Positions 63,956 to 64,000 of a stretch of DNA of 64,000 nucleotides are shown here, in pieces. The DNA comes from Octopus bimaculoides (lineage: Eukaryota): NCBI RefSeq assembly GCF_001194135.2, contig NC_068981.1, forward strand, positions 17,621,423 through 17,685,422, written 5' to 3'. Within the stretch, counting starts at the first letter, position 1. The number at the start of each line of letters is the position of its first letter. The position numbers and the translations under genes were made by a program. The notes below the pieces were generated by a model that saw only the letters and a program-made list of their open reading frames with translations, made no database searches and was not told where the DNA came from.

Positions 63956-64000
<45 letters not shown>

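Overview
Repeat-dense, AT-rich eukaryotic genomic DNA with many scaffold gaps. The microsatellite load and SINE/LINE families point to a cephalopod, most likely Octopus (inference; no database search was run). One protein-coding gene is well supported: a + strand sequestosome-1/p62 (SQSTM1) homologue. Six phase-compatible GT-AG exons can be read directly: PB1 second half 8913-9008, ZZ zinc finger 24794-24993, linker 25850-25973, LIR-bearing exon 27181-27407, a long disordered exon 30073-30775, and UBA from 35111 into a gap. Exon 1 and the stop codon are not visible. The rest is transposon debris: at least four SINE/short retroposon families (many with target-site duplications), RTE, R4/Dong, CR1/L2-like and L1-ORF1-like LINE fragments, a Penelope-like element, Tc1/mariner elements (a long-TIR Tc1, a DD37D copy, a mariner MITE) and a hAT MITE. 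The most striking unexplained structure is a set of six hammerhead-ribozyme motifs with palindromic stem III. One is in the Penelope copy. The other five are in three non-coding inverted-repeat (fold-back) structures, two of them inside p62 introns. The p62 itself is atypical: its ZZ domain lacks the Asp that binds N-terminal Arg in human p62, and its LIR candidate lies about 300 aa from the UBA domain.
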